Source of the DNA: an uncultured delta proteobacterium
Lineage (GTDB): Bacteria; Desulfobacterota; Syntrophia; Syntrophales; UBA2192
Assembly: GCA_963705165.1 (NCBI GenBank)
Contig: CAVPJD010000020.1
Location: 12,155-76,154 of the forward strand
Length of the DNA stretch: 64,000 nt
Reading direction: 5' to 3'
Shown: piece after piece, positions 31,971 to 41,466 of the stretch
Numbering within the stretch: the first letter of the stretch is position 1
Layout of the letters: every line of letters starts with the position of its first letter
Translations under genes and position numbers: made by a program
Notes under the pieces: generated by a model
The model's input: only the letters and a program-made list of their open reading frames with translations
Databases searched by the model: none
Told to the model about the DNA's origin: nothing

Positions 31971-32136
31971 GACACAGCCTCCGGGGGATCGTCGCCGCCC
32001 TCGCTGAGAAGGATTTTCGGGAAAGCGCAAAGGCAGCTTCCATCCATGTCATCCGGCACGGGAGATACGCGTTATCTTCATCGTGACTCAGGAGGATTTG
32101 CCGGAGAATCATTACATCCGTAAAGGGGTATTGACC

Positions 32137-32628
32137 ATGAAAAAAGGATTGATTGTTTTTACCATCATTCTTGCCGTAAGCCTCGTCTTCAGCGGCATGC
32201 TTTTCGCCCAGGCAAAAAAGGGCCCCGCCACCGACGGCAAGGCCCTCTGGGACTTCATCCAGAAGGAAAAATACCAGAGCTGGAAGATGTGGCCCGGCAC
32301 CGAGCCCCAGTACAAGGGTCCGGAGCCGCACGGCGCCTTCCTGACGACCTACGTCAACCAGGTTGCCTTCGACTCCATCAAGGCCAAGAAGGGCAAGTTC
32401 GCCGACGGGGCCATGATCGTCCAGGACAACTTCGACAAGAACAAGAAGCTCAAGCACGTCGACGTCATGTACAAGGTGAAGGGCTACAACCCCGGCGGCG
32501 GAGACTGGTACTGGGCGCAGTACAAGGCCAGCGGCAAGGTGGACCAGGAAGGCAAGATCGACGAGTGCATCAAGTGCCACGAGGCCCAGAAGACCAACGA
32601 CTACGTCTACACGAGCAAGATGAAGTAG
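32137..32628 (+). CDS. Cytochrome P460 / c'-beta fold monoheme cytochrome
   Basis: Signal peptide; motifs PHG, VMYK, GDWYWA and C-terminal CIKCH..DYVY. Confidence 0.85.
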   Translation: MKKGLIVFTIILAVSLVFSGMLFAQAKKGPATDGKALWDFIQKEKYQSWKMWPGTEPQYKGPEPHGAFLTTYVNQVAFDSIKAKKGKFADGAMIVQDNFDKNKKLKHVDVMYKVKGYNPGGGDWYWAQYKASGKVDQEGKIDECIKCHEAQKTNDYVYTSKMK

Positions 32629-32726
32629 ATCTGCAGACGATTTGTCATACAGGCGGCTCAAGTTGCGGCCGGCCCCGATGGGCAAAATCTCTTTCCATCG
32701 GGTGCCGGCCGCCTTATATTGTCCCC

Positions 32727-33089
32727 ATGGCAAATACCCATCCCAGAATCGAGCGGGAGCGCAAAACCCTGGAGGCCATGATCCGGATCTTCTGCCGGGA
32801 CCGCCACGGCACAAAAGGGGAGCGCTGCAGCGATTGCAAGGGGCTTTTTGCCTTCGCCACAAAGCGCCTGGACAAGTGCTCTTTCGGCCAATACAAACCC
32901 GCCTGCGCCAACTGCCCCATCCACTGCTACAGGCCCGACATGCGGCAGCGAATCCGGGAGGTCATGCGCTACGCCGGCCCCCGGATGTTCTGGAGGCACC
33001 CGGTCCTTGCCGCCTCTCACCTCATCGATGGACGACGCAAAGCGCCGGCCCTTTCCAGCCCCAAAGGCCGGGCCGCAAATAAACCTTGA
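32727..33089 (+). CDS. YgbA-like (nitrous oxide-stimulated promoter family) Cys-rich protein
   Basis: Motifs REKKT-like RERKT, KPACANCPIHCY and VMRYAGPRM. Confidence 0.9.
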   Translation: MANTHPRIERERKTLEAMIRIFCRDRHGTKGERCSDCKGLFAFATKRLDKCSFGQYKPACANCPIHCYRPDMRQRIREVMRYAGPRMFWRHPVLAASHLIDGRRKAPALSSPKGRAANKP

Positions 33090-33114
33090 CAATGACCGGG
33101 TAAAGCTTTAAGTT
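33086..33114 (+). promoter_or_regulatory. Putative sigma70 promoter for small protein and RNA helicase
   Basis: TTGACA - 17 bp - TAAGTT. Confidence 0.5.
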
Positions 33115-33228
33115 ACTTGTGCTTTGAACCGGTTATGACGCATATTGTCCCCAGAGAGCCCGTGAAAGGCCATGGGGGTTTTTTTTGGCCTGATCTATGC
33201 AGATTTTGCCGGTTCGCACAGGAGGAAC

Positions 33229-33393
33229 ATGGGAAAAAGAAATCACAACCAGTTCATCAAGCGACAGAAAGAATTGGAGCGTTTGAGAAAAGCAACCGAG
33301 AAGATGGCCAAGCGCCAGGGAAAGAACATGAGGGACGAGCCGGCAGTGGAGTCCACTGGCGCGGAACCCGCCCAGGCAGAGGCCGAAGCGTAA
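33229..33393 (+). CDS. 54-aa basic/acidic small protein
   Basis: AGGAGG SD; KRQKELERLRKA.EK..KR basic helix. Confidence 0.7.
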   Translation: MGKRNHNQFIKRQKELERLRKATEKMAKRQGKNMRDEPAVESTGAEPAQAEAEA

Positions 33394-33484
33394 ACGATCC
33401 TTATCAACCATAACCGCCCGCCGCTGAGACGGGCAGACCGGCAAGTATGCCGGTAAAAATGCCAGAAGAGAGGTTTATCTGTTA

Positions 33485-34810
33485 ATGAGTTTCAAGTTGT
33501 TCGAGTTACATCCATTGATTCAAGCGGGCGTTGAGGCCCTTGGTTACGAGGAGCCCACGCCGATCCAGACCGAATGCATTCCGCTCATCCTCCAGGGACA
33601 AGATGTCATGGGGATGGCCCACACCGGGACAGGAAAAACGGCCGCCTTTGGTCTCCCGATCCTGCAGAGGCTGATGACCGGGCCGCGCCGTCGCGTTCGT
33701 GTGCTCATCATCGCCCCCACCCGGGAGCTGGCCGAGCAGATCCACGAGGCCATCAACGAACTGGGCCGAAAAACGAAAGTAAAGAGCGTTACCGTCTACG
33801 GGGGCGTGAAGCAGACATCCCAGGTCAGAAAACTTCAGGAGGGTGCCGAGATCGTCGTGGCATGCCCGGGACGCCTGATCGACCTCATGGACCAGGGGGT
33901 CATTGACCTCACCCATCTGGAGGTCCTCGTCCTGGACGAGGCGGACCGCATGTTTGACATGGGGTTCATGCCCGATGTCCGGAAAATCCTGAAAAGAATC
34001 CCCTCCGAGCGCCAGACCCTCCTGTTCTCGGCCACCATTCCCGACGAAATCAGGCACCTGGCAAAGGAAGTCCTGCGGGACCCCGTCACCGTGCAGGTCG
34101 GCGAATCGACCCCGGTCTCCACGGTCTCCCACGCCCTGTACCCGGTGGAGCAGCATCTCAAGACGGGCCTGCTGACGAAGATCCTCGACCGCACGGACAC
34201 GGATTCGGTCCTCGTATTCACCCGGACCAAAGCCCGGGCAACGCGCGTGGCAACGCACCTGAAAAAAGCGGGGTTCCCCGTCGCGTCCATGCAGGGGGAT
34301 CTGTCACAGGGCCAGCGCCAGGATGCGCTCAGCGGCTTCCGGACCGGCAAGTACCGGATTCTCGTAGCCACCGACATCGCCGCCCGCGGTCTCGACATCT
34401 CACGGATATCGCACGTGATCAATTACGACATGCCCGATACGGTTGATGCATACACCCATCGTATCGGCCGAACGGGCCGCGCCGAGAGAACCGGCGACGC
34501 CTTCACGTTTGTCACGCGCGATGACAGGGCCTTCGTGTGGGCCATCGAGAATGTTCTCGGCGAAGAGATCGAGAGGCGGACGCTGGAAGATTTCGACTAT
34601 ACCGCGGCGCCAAAGGAAGGCGCAAGAGGCGGGTTCCAGAGATACGGGGGCCGGGATCGTGAAGCGAGTCCGAAGTCTGGGCCGATGCGCCGTGAACTCT
34701 CCTCCTTCGCAGCAGCCCACACCAGCTCCGGCTCGACGGAGGGGGCAAGGAAAGTGACGCTTTTCTCCACGCCCCGATCGAGATCACGCCGGGCACGCAG
34801 CGCCCGCTGA
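33485..34810 (+). CDS. DEAD-box RNA helicase (RhlE-like)
   Basis: Motifs PTPIQ, TGTGKT, PTRELA, DEAD, SAT and HRIGRTGRA. Confidence 0.96.
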   Translation: MSFKLFELHPLIQAGVEALGYEEPTPIQTECIPLILQGQDVMGMAHTGTGKTAAFGLPILQRLMTGPRRRVRVLIIAPTRELAEQIHEAINELGRKTKVKSVTVYGGVKQTSQVRKLQEGAEIVVACPGRLIDLMDQGVIDLTHLEVLVLDEADRMFDMGFMPDVRKILKRIPSERQTLLFSATIPDEIRHLAKEVLRDPVTVQVGESTPVSTVSHALYPVEQHLKTGLLTKILDRTDTDSVLVFTRTKARATRVATHLKKAGFPVASMQGDLSQGQRQDALSGFRTGKYRILVATDIAARGLDISRISHVINYDMPDTVDAYTHRIGRTGRAERTGDAFTFVTRDDRAFVWAIENVLGEEIERRTLEDFDYTAAPKEGARGGFQRYGGRDREASPKSGPMRRELSSFAAAHTSSGSTEGARKVTLFSTPRSRSRRARSAR

Positions 34811-34952
34811 GCTGGAAGCATAATAAGAGGGGGGCATGATTAGCATTGCAGTCAGGCCCCGTATGTGATAACGACTCGTTTAGCCTTGTTGGAAAAGCTG
34901 GAAGAGTATCGGGTTATCATCACAGGAAACATCAATTTTTTAGGAGAGGTCG

Positions 34953-35273
34953 ATGAAGATTTACGTCGGGAACATGCCTTACGGTGTCACGGAAGAGGAT
35001 CTGAAACAGTCTTTTGAAGCATTTGGTCAGGTGACGTCCGTGACGATCATCAAGGACAAGATGAGCGGCCAGTCGAAAGGGTTCGGCTTTGTCGAGATGG
35101 CCTCGGCAGAACAGGGCCAGGCTGCCATCAGCGGGATGAACGAAAAGGAACTGAAGGGACGGAAGCTCAATGTCAACGAGGCGCGCCCCCGCCAGGACGA
35201 CGGTCGCGGTGGTGGCGGTGGTGGCATGAGGCGTCCCGGTGGCGGCGGTGGCGGCGGCAGGCCCCGTTACTAG
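34953..35273 (+). CDS. RRM RNA-binding protein with Gly-rich tail
   Basis: RNP2 IYVGNM, RNP1 KGFGFVEM, VNEARPR. Confidence 0.96.
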   Translation: MKIYVGNMPYGVTEEDLKQSFEAFGQVTSVTIIKDKMSGQSKGFGFVEMASAEQGQAAISGMNEKELKGRKLNVNEARPRQDDGRGGGGGGMRRPGGGGGGGRPRY

Positions 35274-35480
35274 ACTCCGGCTTTTCTTTCTCTAAACAAC
35301 AGTCAAAAAGCGGGGTCTCCCGGCAACGGGAGGCCCCCGAAAATTTCATCGGCTCCCGTCTCGCTACAGGACCGCCCTCCGGTCGGCCGAAAGCACGTAA
35401 CTGCATGCAGAGGCCGCAAGCCCCCTTGACAAGGGTCGGATGGGGGGCTTAATTAGCCCAAAACCTTCGGGAGTTATGTC

Positions 35481-35747
35481 TTGGTCGTCAATGGGTCGGG
35501 CGGCAAGCCTGATATCGATTATCCATGCCCCTGGGGCTACAAGGTCATCGGCTCGGACGTGGAACGGCTGCGAAGCGCCATCGCCGAGGTGATTCAGGAG
35601 CGGCCCCACACCATTACCCCCTCGAACTCAAGCCTCACGGGCAAATACCACTGCCTCGACGTGGAAATCGTCGTCACGAGTGAGGAGTGCCGTATCGAGA
35701 TCTATGAGGGCCTGCGCAGGCACCCCGCCGTCAAGATCGTCCTGTAG
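35481..35747 (+). CDS. YbeD/DUF493 family protein
   Basis: Motifs IDYPC.W.YKVIG, S..GKY and HPAVKIVL; TTG start with GGGAG SD. Confidence 0.85.
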   Translation: MVVNGSGGKPDIDYPCPWGYKVIGSDVERLRSAIAEVIQERPHTITPSNSSLTGKYHCLDVEIVVTSEECRIEIYEGLRRHPAVKIVL

Positions 35748-35810
35748 AGATGAGCAACAAGTCCCTTCGACATCCTTCGACTGGCTCAGGATGGCAAAAC
35801 CGCAAGATAG

Positions 35811-35847
35811 AAAAAGGCCCTGGCCGATGTTCGGCAGGGCCTTTTTC
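35811..35847. terminator. Bidirectional terminator
   Basis: AAAAAGGCCCTG..CAGGGCCTTTTT between convergent genes. Confidence 0.8.
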
Positions 35848-35870
35848 TATGCGCTACACGCTGCTCGCTT

Positions 35871-36917
35871 TTACTGCAGGTAATAGGTTCCCCCGTGCGG
35901 CACAATGGGTGTTTGTTCTTCCGTCAGACCAACCATCCCGGCCGCCTTCCGGTAGTCCTTCGGCGGGAGATCCATCGGTTCGTCGGTGAGGTCGAAGACG
36001 CCCCACTGCTGGGGGATGAGAACCTTTGCACGGAGGTCTTTGAAGGCCTGCAAGGCCTCGGCGGGGTCCATGTGGTAAGCGGACATGAACCACCGGGGCT
36101 GGTAGGACCCGATCGGAAGAAGGGCGGCATCCATGGGGCCGAACTTGCGGCCATACTCGGCAAACCCCGGGAAGTAGCCCGAATCGCCGGCGAAGTAGAT
36201 CTTCCGGTTTGCCGACTCGATCAGCCAGGAGCCCCAGAGCGACCGGTTCGTGTTGAAGGGCGTCCGTTTCGTCCAGTGCTGGACGGGCAGCAGCCGGTAG
36301 GTCACCCCGTGAAGCGTGTATTTCTGGAACCAGTCGAGCTCGATGACCCTTGCCCCGGGAAGAATGTCCTCGAACCACTCCCGGTAGCCGAGCGGCGTCA
36401 GGTAAAGAGGTCCCGTCCCGAGCTTGCGGATGCTGTCCTTGTCGAGATGGTCGTAGTGGTTATGAGAGATGAGGACGACCTGCATGGGGGCCAGTTCCTC
36501 GGGCGGCAGGGGGAAAGGGGCAAAGCGGTCGATGAACCAGACGATGTCCCCGAAGACGGGATCCGTGATGATGTTCTGGCCGTTGACCCGGATCCAGAGG
36601 GTTGCATGCCCGAGATAGGTGACGGAGTCATCCCCCTGCACGATGGCCTTCACATCGGGCCTTGTCACCGAAAAGTACGGCTTCTTCTTTTTTTCTTTCC
36701 GGTAGGGATTGGAACCGATCTTCCACTCGAGAAGCCGCATGGTGCTGCCCGCACGCTCCTCGGACGCCCAGGGGTTGCGGTAGCCCGGGTTTGTATGATG
36801 GGCCCTCTCCCGCGCCAGCGTCTCGATGTCCTTCGCCTGACCCCAGGCCGTCGTCGGGCAGGCATAAACGGCCGTCAGGAACGCAACAAAAACGATCAGA
36901 TTCGATAACGCCTGCAT
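35871..36917 (-). CDS. MBL-fold metallo-hydrolase (NAPE-PLD/RomA-like), exported
   Basis: Motifs GHAT, TDP, SHNHYDHLD, FAGDSGY and PIGSY.P. Confidence 0.9.
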   Translation of the reverse strand: MQALSNLIVFVAFLTAVYACPTTAWGQAKDIETLARERAHHTNPGYRNPWASEERAGSTMRLLEWKIGSNPYRKEKKKKPYFSVTRPDVKAIVQGDDSVTYLGHATLWIRVNGQNIITDPVFGDIVWFIDRFAPFPLPPEELAPMQVVLISHNHYDHLDKDSIRKLGTGPLYLTPLGYREWFEDILPGARVIELDWFQKYTLHGVTYRLLPVQHWTKRTPFNTNRSLWGSWLIESANRKIYFAGDSGYFPGFAEYGRKFGPMDAALLPIGSYQPRWFMSAYHMDPAEALQAFKDLRAKVLIPQQWGVFDLTDEPMDLPPKDYRKAAGMVGLTEEQTPIVPHGGTYYLQ

Positions 36918-37078
36918 ATTCTCCCTGCCATCTGGCCTTCGAAGGCCCGCCTGCCGGCTAGCCAACGGCTAGCGCAATACATATAATTATGAGGCCCTGA
37001 CAATCAACAGAAATCTTGCCCCGCCGGCCGGGACGATCCCCCTATCTTTTTGGCGGGTTATCCGGTAAAAAGGTCTCC

Positions 37079-38194
37079 ATGCGGCAGATCCTCATTGCAG
37101 CCATCGCGCTGATCTTCCTTGTCGGTGCAGCGCCAGCCTCCGCCGTCTCCGGGGCGGAGGCTGGCCTGGATGTGAAGGTCGGCCAGATGATCATGGTGGG
37201 ATTTCGCGGGCTTTCAATAACCGACGGGCACCCCGTCGCCCGGGATATACGTCAGCGGAAGATCGGGGGGGTGATTCTCTTCGATTACGACGTCCCCACG
37301 CGCACTTACGGGCGCAACATCGAATCGCCAAGACAGATCAAGGCCCTCACGTCCTCCCTGCAGAGGCAGGCAGGCATCCCCCTTTTTATTGCCATCGACC
37401 AGGAGGGAGGCAAAATCAGCCGCCTCAAGGAAAAGAACGGCTTTCCCCCGACCCTTTCCCAGAAGCGACTCGAAACGCAGGGTGACCCGAAGAAAACAGC
37501 GAGGCAGGCGGAGCTCACCGCGAAGACCCTGGCAGGGCTTGGCATCAACCTCAACTTCGCCCCCGTCGTGGATCTCGACCTGAACCCGGAAAACCCCATC
37601 ATCGGAAAGCTCGAGAGGAGCTTCTCCAGGGAGCCCGCTACGGTGACCCGCCATGCACTGGCCGTCATCGACGCCCATCGGCGTTACGGCATCCTGACGG
37701 CGCCGAAGCACTTCCCGGGGCACGGGAGCGCCGCGGGGGACACCCATGAGGGGTTCGTCGACGTGACGGGCCGGTGGTCGGCCGTGGAGCTCGAACCCTT
37801 CCAAAGCCTGATCCGGCAGGGCGAGGCCGACATGATCATGACGGCCCACATCTTCAACGGGAAACTGGACCCCGCCTGGCCGGCAACCCTTTCAGCCAGG
37901 ACCCTGAATGGTCTTCTGCGACAGGAGATGGGATTTGAGGGCGTCGTGATCTCCGACGATCTTCAAATGAAGGCGATTACCGCGCGCTACGGCCTCGAGA
38001 CCGTCATCCGGCAGGCGATCCTCGCCGGGGTCGACATCCTGCTGTTTGCCAACAATTCCGTCTACGAAGAGGACATCGCCGCCCGGGTCGCAGCGATGAT
38101 TTGCACCCTCGTCGAGAAGGGCGAAATCCCCCGGGAGCGGATCGACGAGTCCTTCCGGCGGATCATGAAGCTCAAGGATCGGCTCAAGAAATAA
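37079..38194 (+). CDS. GH3 beta-N-acetylhexosaminidase (NagZ-like), exported
   Basis: Motifs IDQEGG, APVVD, KHFPGHG..DTH and ISDDLQM. Confidence 0.92.
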   Translation: MRQILIAAIALIFLVGAAPASAVSGAEAGLDVKVGQMIMVGFRGLSITDGHPVARDIRQRKIGGVILFDYDVPTRTYGRNIESPRQIKALTSSLQRQAGIPLFIAIDQEGGKISRLKEKNGFPPTLSQKRLETQGDPKKTARQAELTAKTLAGLGINLNFAPVVDLDLNPENPIIGKLERSFSREPATVTRHALAVIDAHRRYGILTAPKHFPGHGSAAGDTHEGFVDVTGRWSAVELEPFQSLIRQGEADMIMTAHIFNGKLDPAWPATLSARTLNGLLRQEMGFEGVVISDDLQMKAITARYGLETVIRQAILAGVDILLFANNSVYEEDIAARVAAMICTLVEKGEIPRERIDESFRRIMKLKDRLKK

Positions 38195-38359
38195 CGAACC
38201 GCACCGCAGATCAATTCCCCCCCCTTGCGGAAAATTGGGGCGTTTTTTACTTGATCCGCAAAGGCCTGTCAATTAAGTTGAGCCATGCGGCCCGGCCCTT
38301 GCAGCGGGACGTCCATTATTTGCTCTCGCAGGTAATTTTATCAAGGGCGGTGTCTTTTC

Positions 38360-39862
38360 ATGAAAAAAACCCCGGCTGTCCTCACTGCAATCCTGTTCCT
38401 CTTCGCCTCCTCGTTCTTCAGTTACGCAGCTGCCGAAACGGTCGACCTGACGATCCTTCACATCAACGACTTCCACGGCAACCTTCTTCCCAAGCCCGGC
38501 AAGGACGGCAAACCGGCAACGGGGGGCATGGCCTACATCGCGAAGATGGTCACGGATGAGCGGGAAAAGAACCCGGAAGGGACGCTCCTGCTTTCCGCAG
38601 GGGACATGTTCCAGGGGACGCCGATCTCGAATCTGTTCCGGGGCAAGCCCGTCATCGAGACCATGAACCGGATGCGGTTCGACGCCATGGCCCTGGGCAA
38701 CCACGAGTTCGACTGGGGGATGGAGGCCTTTAGCGAATTGAGAACCTCGGCGGCCTTTCCTTTCCTGTCGGCCAACATCGTCGACGAAAAAGGGGCGCTC
38801 CTGCCGGGGGTCAAGCCCTACGTCATCGTCCAGAGAAAGGGCCTGAAGGTGGCCGTCATCGGCATTACTACGCCCGAGACGCACTACGCCACCAAGCCAG
38901 GAAATCTCAAAGGTTACCGGGTGATCGCCGTCGAGAAAGCTCTCCCGGCGTTCATTGAAAAAGTAAAAAAGGAAGGGGCCGGCCCCGTCGTCGTCCTGTC
39001 ACACATGGGTCTCGATGAAGACAAGGAGATGGCCTCGCGGGTCAGCGGAATCGACCTGATCGTGGGCGGTCACAGCCACACGGAGGTAAAAACACCGGTA
39101 GTTGTCGGCTCCACGATCATCGTCCAGGCAGGCTACTACGGCCAGCAGCTGGGGGTCATGAAGATCACCGCGGATACCGACACAAAAAAGATCACCCGGT
39201 ACAGCGAGCGCAGGATTCTCCGAAAGGTCAAAGCGGGCCCCAATGACGCCTATGACGAAGCCGTAGCCGGGATCATCAAAAAGTACGACGACCAGATCCG
39301 CGGGGAATTCGGCCGCGTCGTGGGGGAGACCCGTGTCGATCTCGCAAAGCGTCCCTTCGAGTCCAATCTCGGAAACCTCGTCTGCGATACGATGCGTGAG
39401 TCGGCGGGGGCAGAAGTGGCCATCCAGAACAACGGGGGGATCCGCACGACCATTCCAAAAGGGAAGATCACCCTGGAGCAGGCCTACATGCTGCTGCCCT
39501 TCGACAACAACCTCATGACCATGGATCTCACGGGGGCACAGATCATCGACATCCTGGAGCAAAACGCGAAAACGGAGGGCATGCTGCAGGTCTCGGGGCT
39601 GAAGGTGATTTACGACATGGCGGCGGCGGAAGGCTCCCGGGTGAAAGAACTGACTATCGGAGGCAAACCGGCGGTTCGATCGCGCAGCTACCGGGTGACC
39701 ACCAACGACTTTCTCGCCGCGGGCGGTGACCGTTTCGGTATGTTCCGGGACGGGAAAAATGCCGTCATCGGCGACAACGTGAGGGATGCCTTTCTGGATT
39801 ATCTCAAGAAACACTCCCCTGTTTACCCCCGGACGGAGGGAAGGATTGTGGTGACGCCATGA
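38360..39862 (+). CDS. Periplasmic 5'-nucleotidase / UDP-sugar hydrolase
   Basis: Motifs HINDFHG, AGD, GNHEFD, GGHSH, NGGIR and PFDN. Confidence 0.95.
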   Translation: MKKTPAVLTAILFLFASSFFSYAAAETVDLTILHINDFHGNLLPKPGKDGKPATGGMAYIAKMVTDEREKNPEGTLLLSAGDMFQGTPISNLFRGKPVIETMNRMRFDAMALGNHEFDWGMEAFSELRTSAAFPFLSANIVDEKGALLPGVKPYVIVQRKGLKVAVIGITTPETHYATKPGNLKGYRVIAVEKALPAFIEKVKKEGAGPVVVLSHMGLDEDKEMASRVSGIDLIVGGHSHTEVKTPVVVGSTIIVQAGYYGQQLGVMKITADTDTKKITRYSERRILRKVKAGPNDAYDEAVAGIIKKYDDQIRGEFGRVVGETRVDLAKRPFESNLGNLVCDTMRESAGAEVAIQNNGGIRTTIPKGKITLEQAYMLLPFDNNLMTMDLTGAQIIDILEQNAKTEGMLQVSGLKVIYDMAAAEGSRVKELTIGGKPAVRSRSYRVTTNDFLAAGGDRFGMFRDGKNAVIGDNVRDAFLDYLKKHSPVYPRTEGRIVVTP

Positions 39863-40077
39863 GTGATGACAAGATAACCGTAACCGTGAACGGGCAGCAG
39901 GTGCTCCTTCACCGGGGCCTGAAGGTGAAACACGCCCTCATCGCCTGCGACCAGTCCCTCTATGACGCCGCTGAGGCAGGCGATCTGGCCGTGCGCGACG
40001 CCAGCGGGTTCAATGTGGGCCTCGAAGGGAGCCTGCGCGACGGGGCAAAGATATTTACCGGCAAGCCCGACGAGTGA
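39859..40077 (+). CDS. 72-aa hypothetical protein, possible beta-grasp fold
   Basis: ATGA overlap with the nucleotidase stop; ITVTVNGQ...GSLRDG pattern. Confidence 0.7.
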   Translation: MSDDKITVTVNGQQVLLHRGLKVKHALIACDQSLYDAAEAGDLAVRDASGFNVGLEGSLRDGAKIFTGKPDE

Positions 40078-40112
40078 TGGGCTGGTGACCGGGGGCGCAT
40101 CCGGCCAACCAG

Positions 40113-40215
40113 AGAAGGTAAGAAGGTGAGAGGGTAAGAAAGTTGGAAGAGCCGGTGGCCAAATTCCTGCCCCCCGCTTCTCCAACCTTCTCACCTTCAG
40201 ACCCTCTTACCCTCT
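40113..40215. repeat. Inverted 8-mer tandem repeat arms, second copy
   Basis: GAAGGTAAGAAGGTGAGAGGGTAAG ... CCAACCTTCTCACCTTC..CCCTCTTACCCTCT; matches 8568-8668. Confidence 0.75.
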
Positions 40216-40255
40216 GCATTATAAGGCGCCTTGCTTACCGAGCGGACGGGTGTCG

Positions 40256-41263
40256 ATGAATAACCGGTTTGACGTGATCATCATCGGGGCGGGGCCGGCG
40301 GGGATCGCCTGCGCACAGGCCCTAGCGGGCTCGAGCCTGAGCGTTCTCCTCGTCGAAAAAAATGAGACCGTCGGACCGAAGATCTGTGCCGGCGGCCTGA
40401 CCCGCATGGCCTTTGACTTCGGCATCCCGGAAGATCAGGCGCGCACGTTCCACATCCACTCCGTGCACATCGATGGGCGGCCGCCCTGCCGCATCGTCCT
40501 GACCAACCCCCTGAAAATGGTGGACAGGACCTCCCTGGGCCGGTACCACCTGTCTAAAGTCGAAAACGCCGGCAACATCGAACTGCTCACCGGGGCAAGG
40601 CTTGCGTCCGTGGATCGGGGCTCCATCGTAACGACGAAAGGGGCTTTCCGCTGCCGGCATCTCGTTGCGGCCGACGGGTCCCTCTCCCTTGTTCGAAAAC
40701 ACCTCGGGCTGCCCTCCAAATTCGGCGTCGGTCTCTACTACGAGGTGCCTCGGATTTCCGACGAAGTCCTGTTTCACTTCAAGCCCGGGATCGTCCGCTC
40801 GGGCTATCTCTGGGTCTTTCCCCACCGGACACACACCAATATCGGGATCTGTTTCAATCCCGACACGTTCACGGCCGGCCTGGCGAAAATCATTCTGCAG
40901 CAGTATATGCGGGAAAAGGGATTCCAGCGGGAGGGCGCACGACTGAAGGGGGGCCTGATCAACCATCTCTATTGCGGTTTCCATGTCGGAAATATCTTCC
41001 TGGCCGGGGATGCGGCAGGGCTAGCCTCCAGGCCCTCGGGAGAGGGCATCCACTTTGCGCTCGTGAGCGGCCGCGAGATCGGCCGCAAGATCCTCGACCC
41101 GCGGTACGACATGAAAGAATTCCGCGCGCTACTTTCCCTGAAGCGCAGGCAGGAGGGTTATTCGCGGCTCTTCGAGAGCGTGCCCCCGCTGCAGAAGCTA
41201 TTCCTGGCAGGCTACTTCACGCTGATGAGGAGGCCGTGGATGCAGGCCCACATGGGCTATTGA
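40256..41263 (+). CDS. FAD-dependent oxidoreductase, geranylgeranyl reductase family
   Basis: Motifs GAGPAG, KICAGG, AADG, GYLWVFP and GDAAGL..SGEGI. Confidence 0.88.
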   Translation: MNNRFDVIIIGAGPAGIACAQALAGSSLSVLLVEKNETVGPKICAGGLTRMAFDFGIPEDQARTFHIHSVHIDGRPPCRIVLTNPLKMVDRTSLGRYHLSKVENAGNIELLTGARLASVDRGSIVTTKGAFRCRHLVAADGSLSLVRKHLGLPSKFGVGLYYEVPRISDEVLFHFKPGIVRSGYLWVFPHRTHTNIGICFNPDTFTAGLAKIILQQYMREKGFQREGARLKGGLINHLYCGFHVGNIFLAGDAAGLASRPSGEGIHFALVSGREIGRKILDPRYDMKEFRALLSLKRRQEGYSRLFESVPPLQKLFLAGYFTLMRRPWMQAHMGY

Positions 41264-41279
41264 CGACCCATACCTTAAT

Positions 41280-41319
41280 CTTCCTCTCCCCTCCGGGGGA
41301 GAGGATAAGAGGTGAGGGG
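41280..41319. repeat. CCTCTCCC..GGGAGAGG palindromic REP-like element
   Basis: CCTCTCCCCTCCGGGGGAGAGG followed by GGTGAGGGG. Confidence 0.6.
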
Positions 41320-41466
41320 GACTACTCCCCTTCCGCTTATACCCTCACAGCGGCAGTGACCGGTGAAAGAAAAAGAAGGGACGAGGGACCAGGGGATGGG
41401 GACGAGTAAAGAAGTGGCCGGTGATCGGTAACCGGTGAAGAAGAAAAAATTCATGCAGGGACCGAC

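Noticed and set aside
31971..32136. Moco/Wco or c-di-GMP riboswitch after the MoSto gene
   Set aside because: I could not build the consensus stems or conserved loops; a cmscan would be needed.
35763..35794. CTTCGAC..GCTCAGGATG half of a REP-like element
   Set aside because: Single partial copy with no partner arm or associated nuclease in the window.
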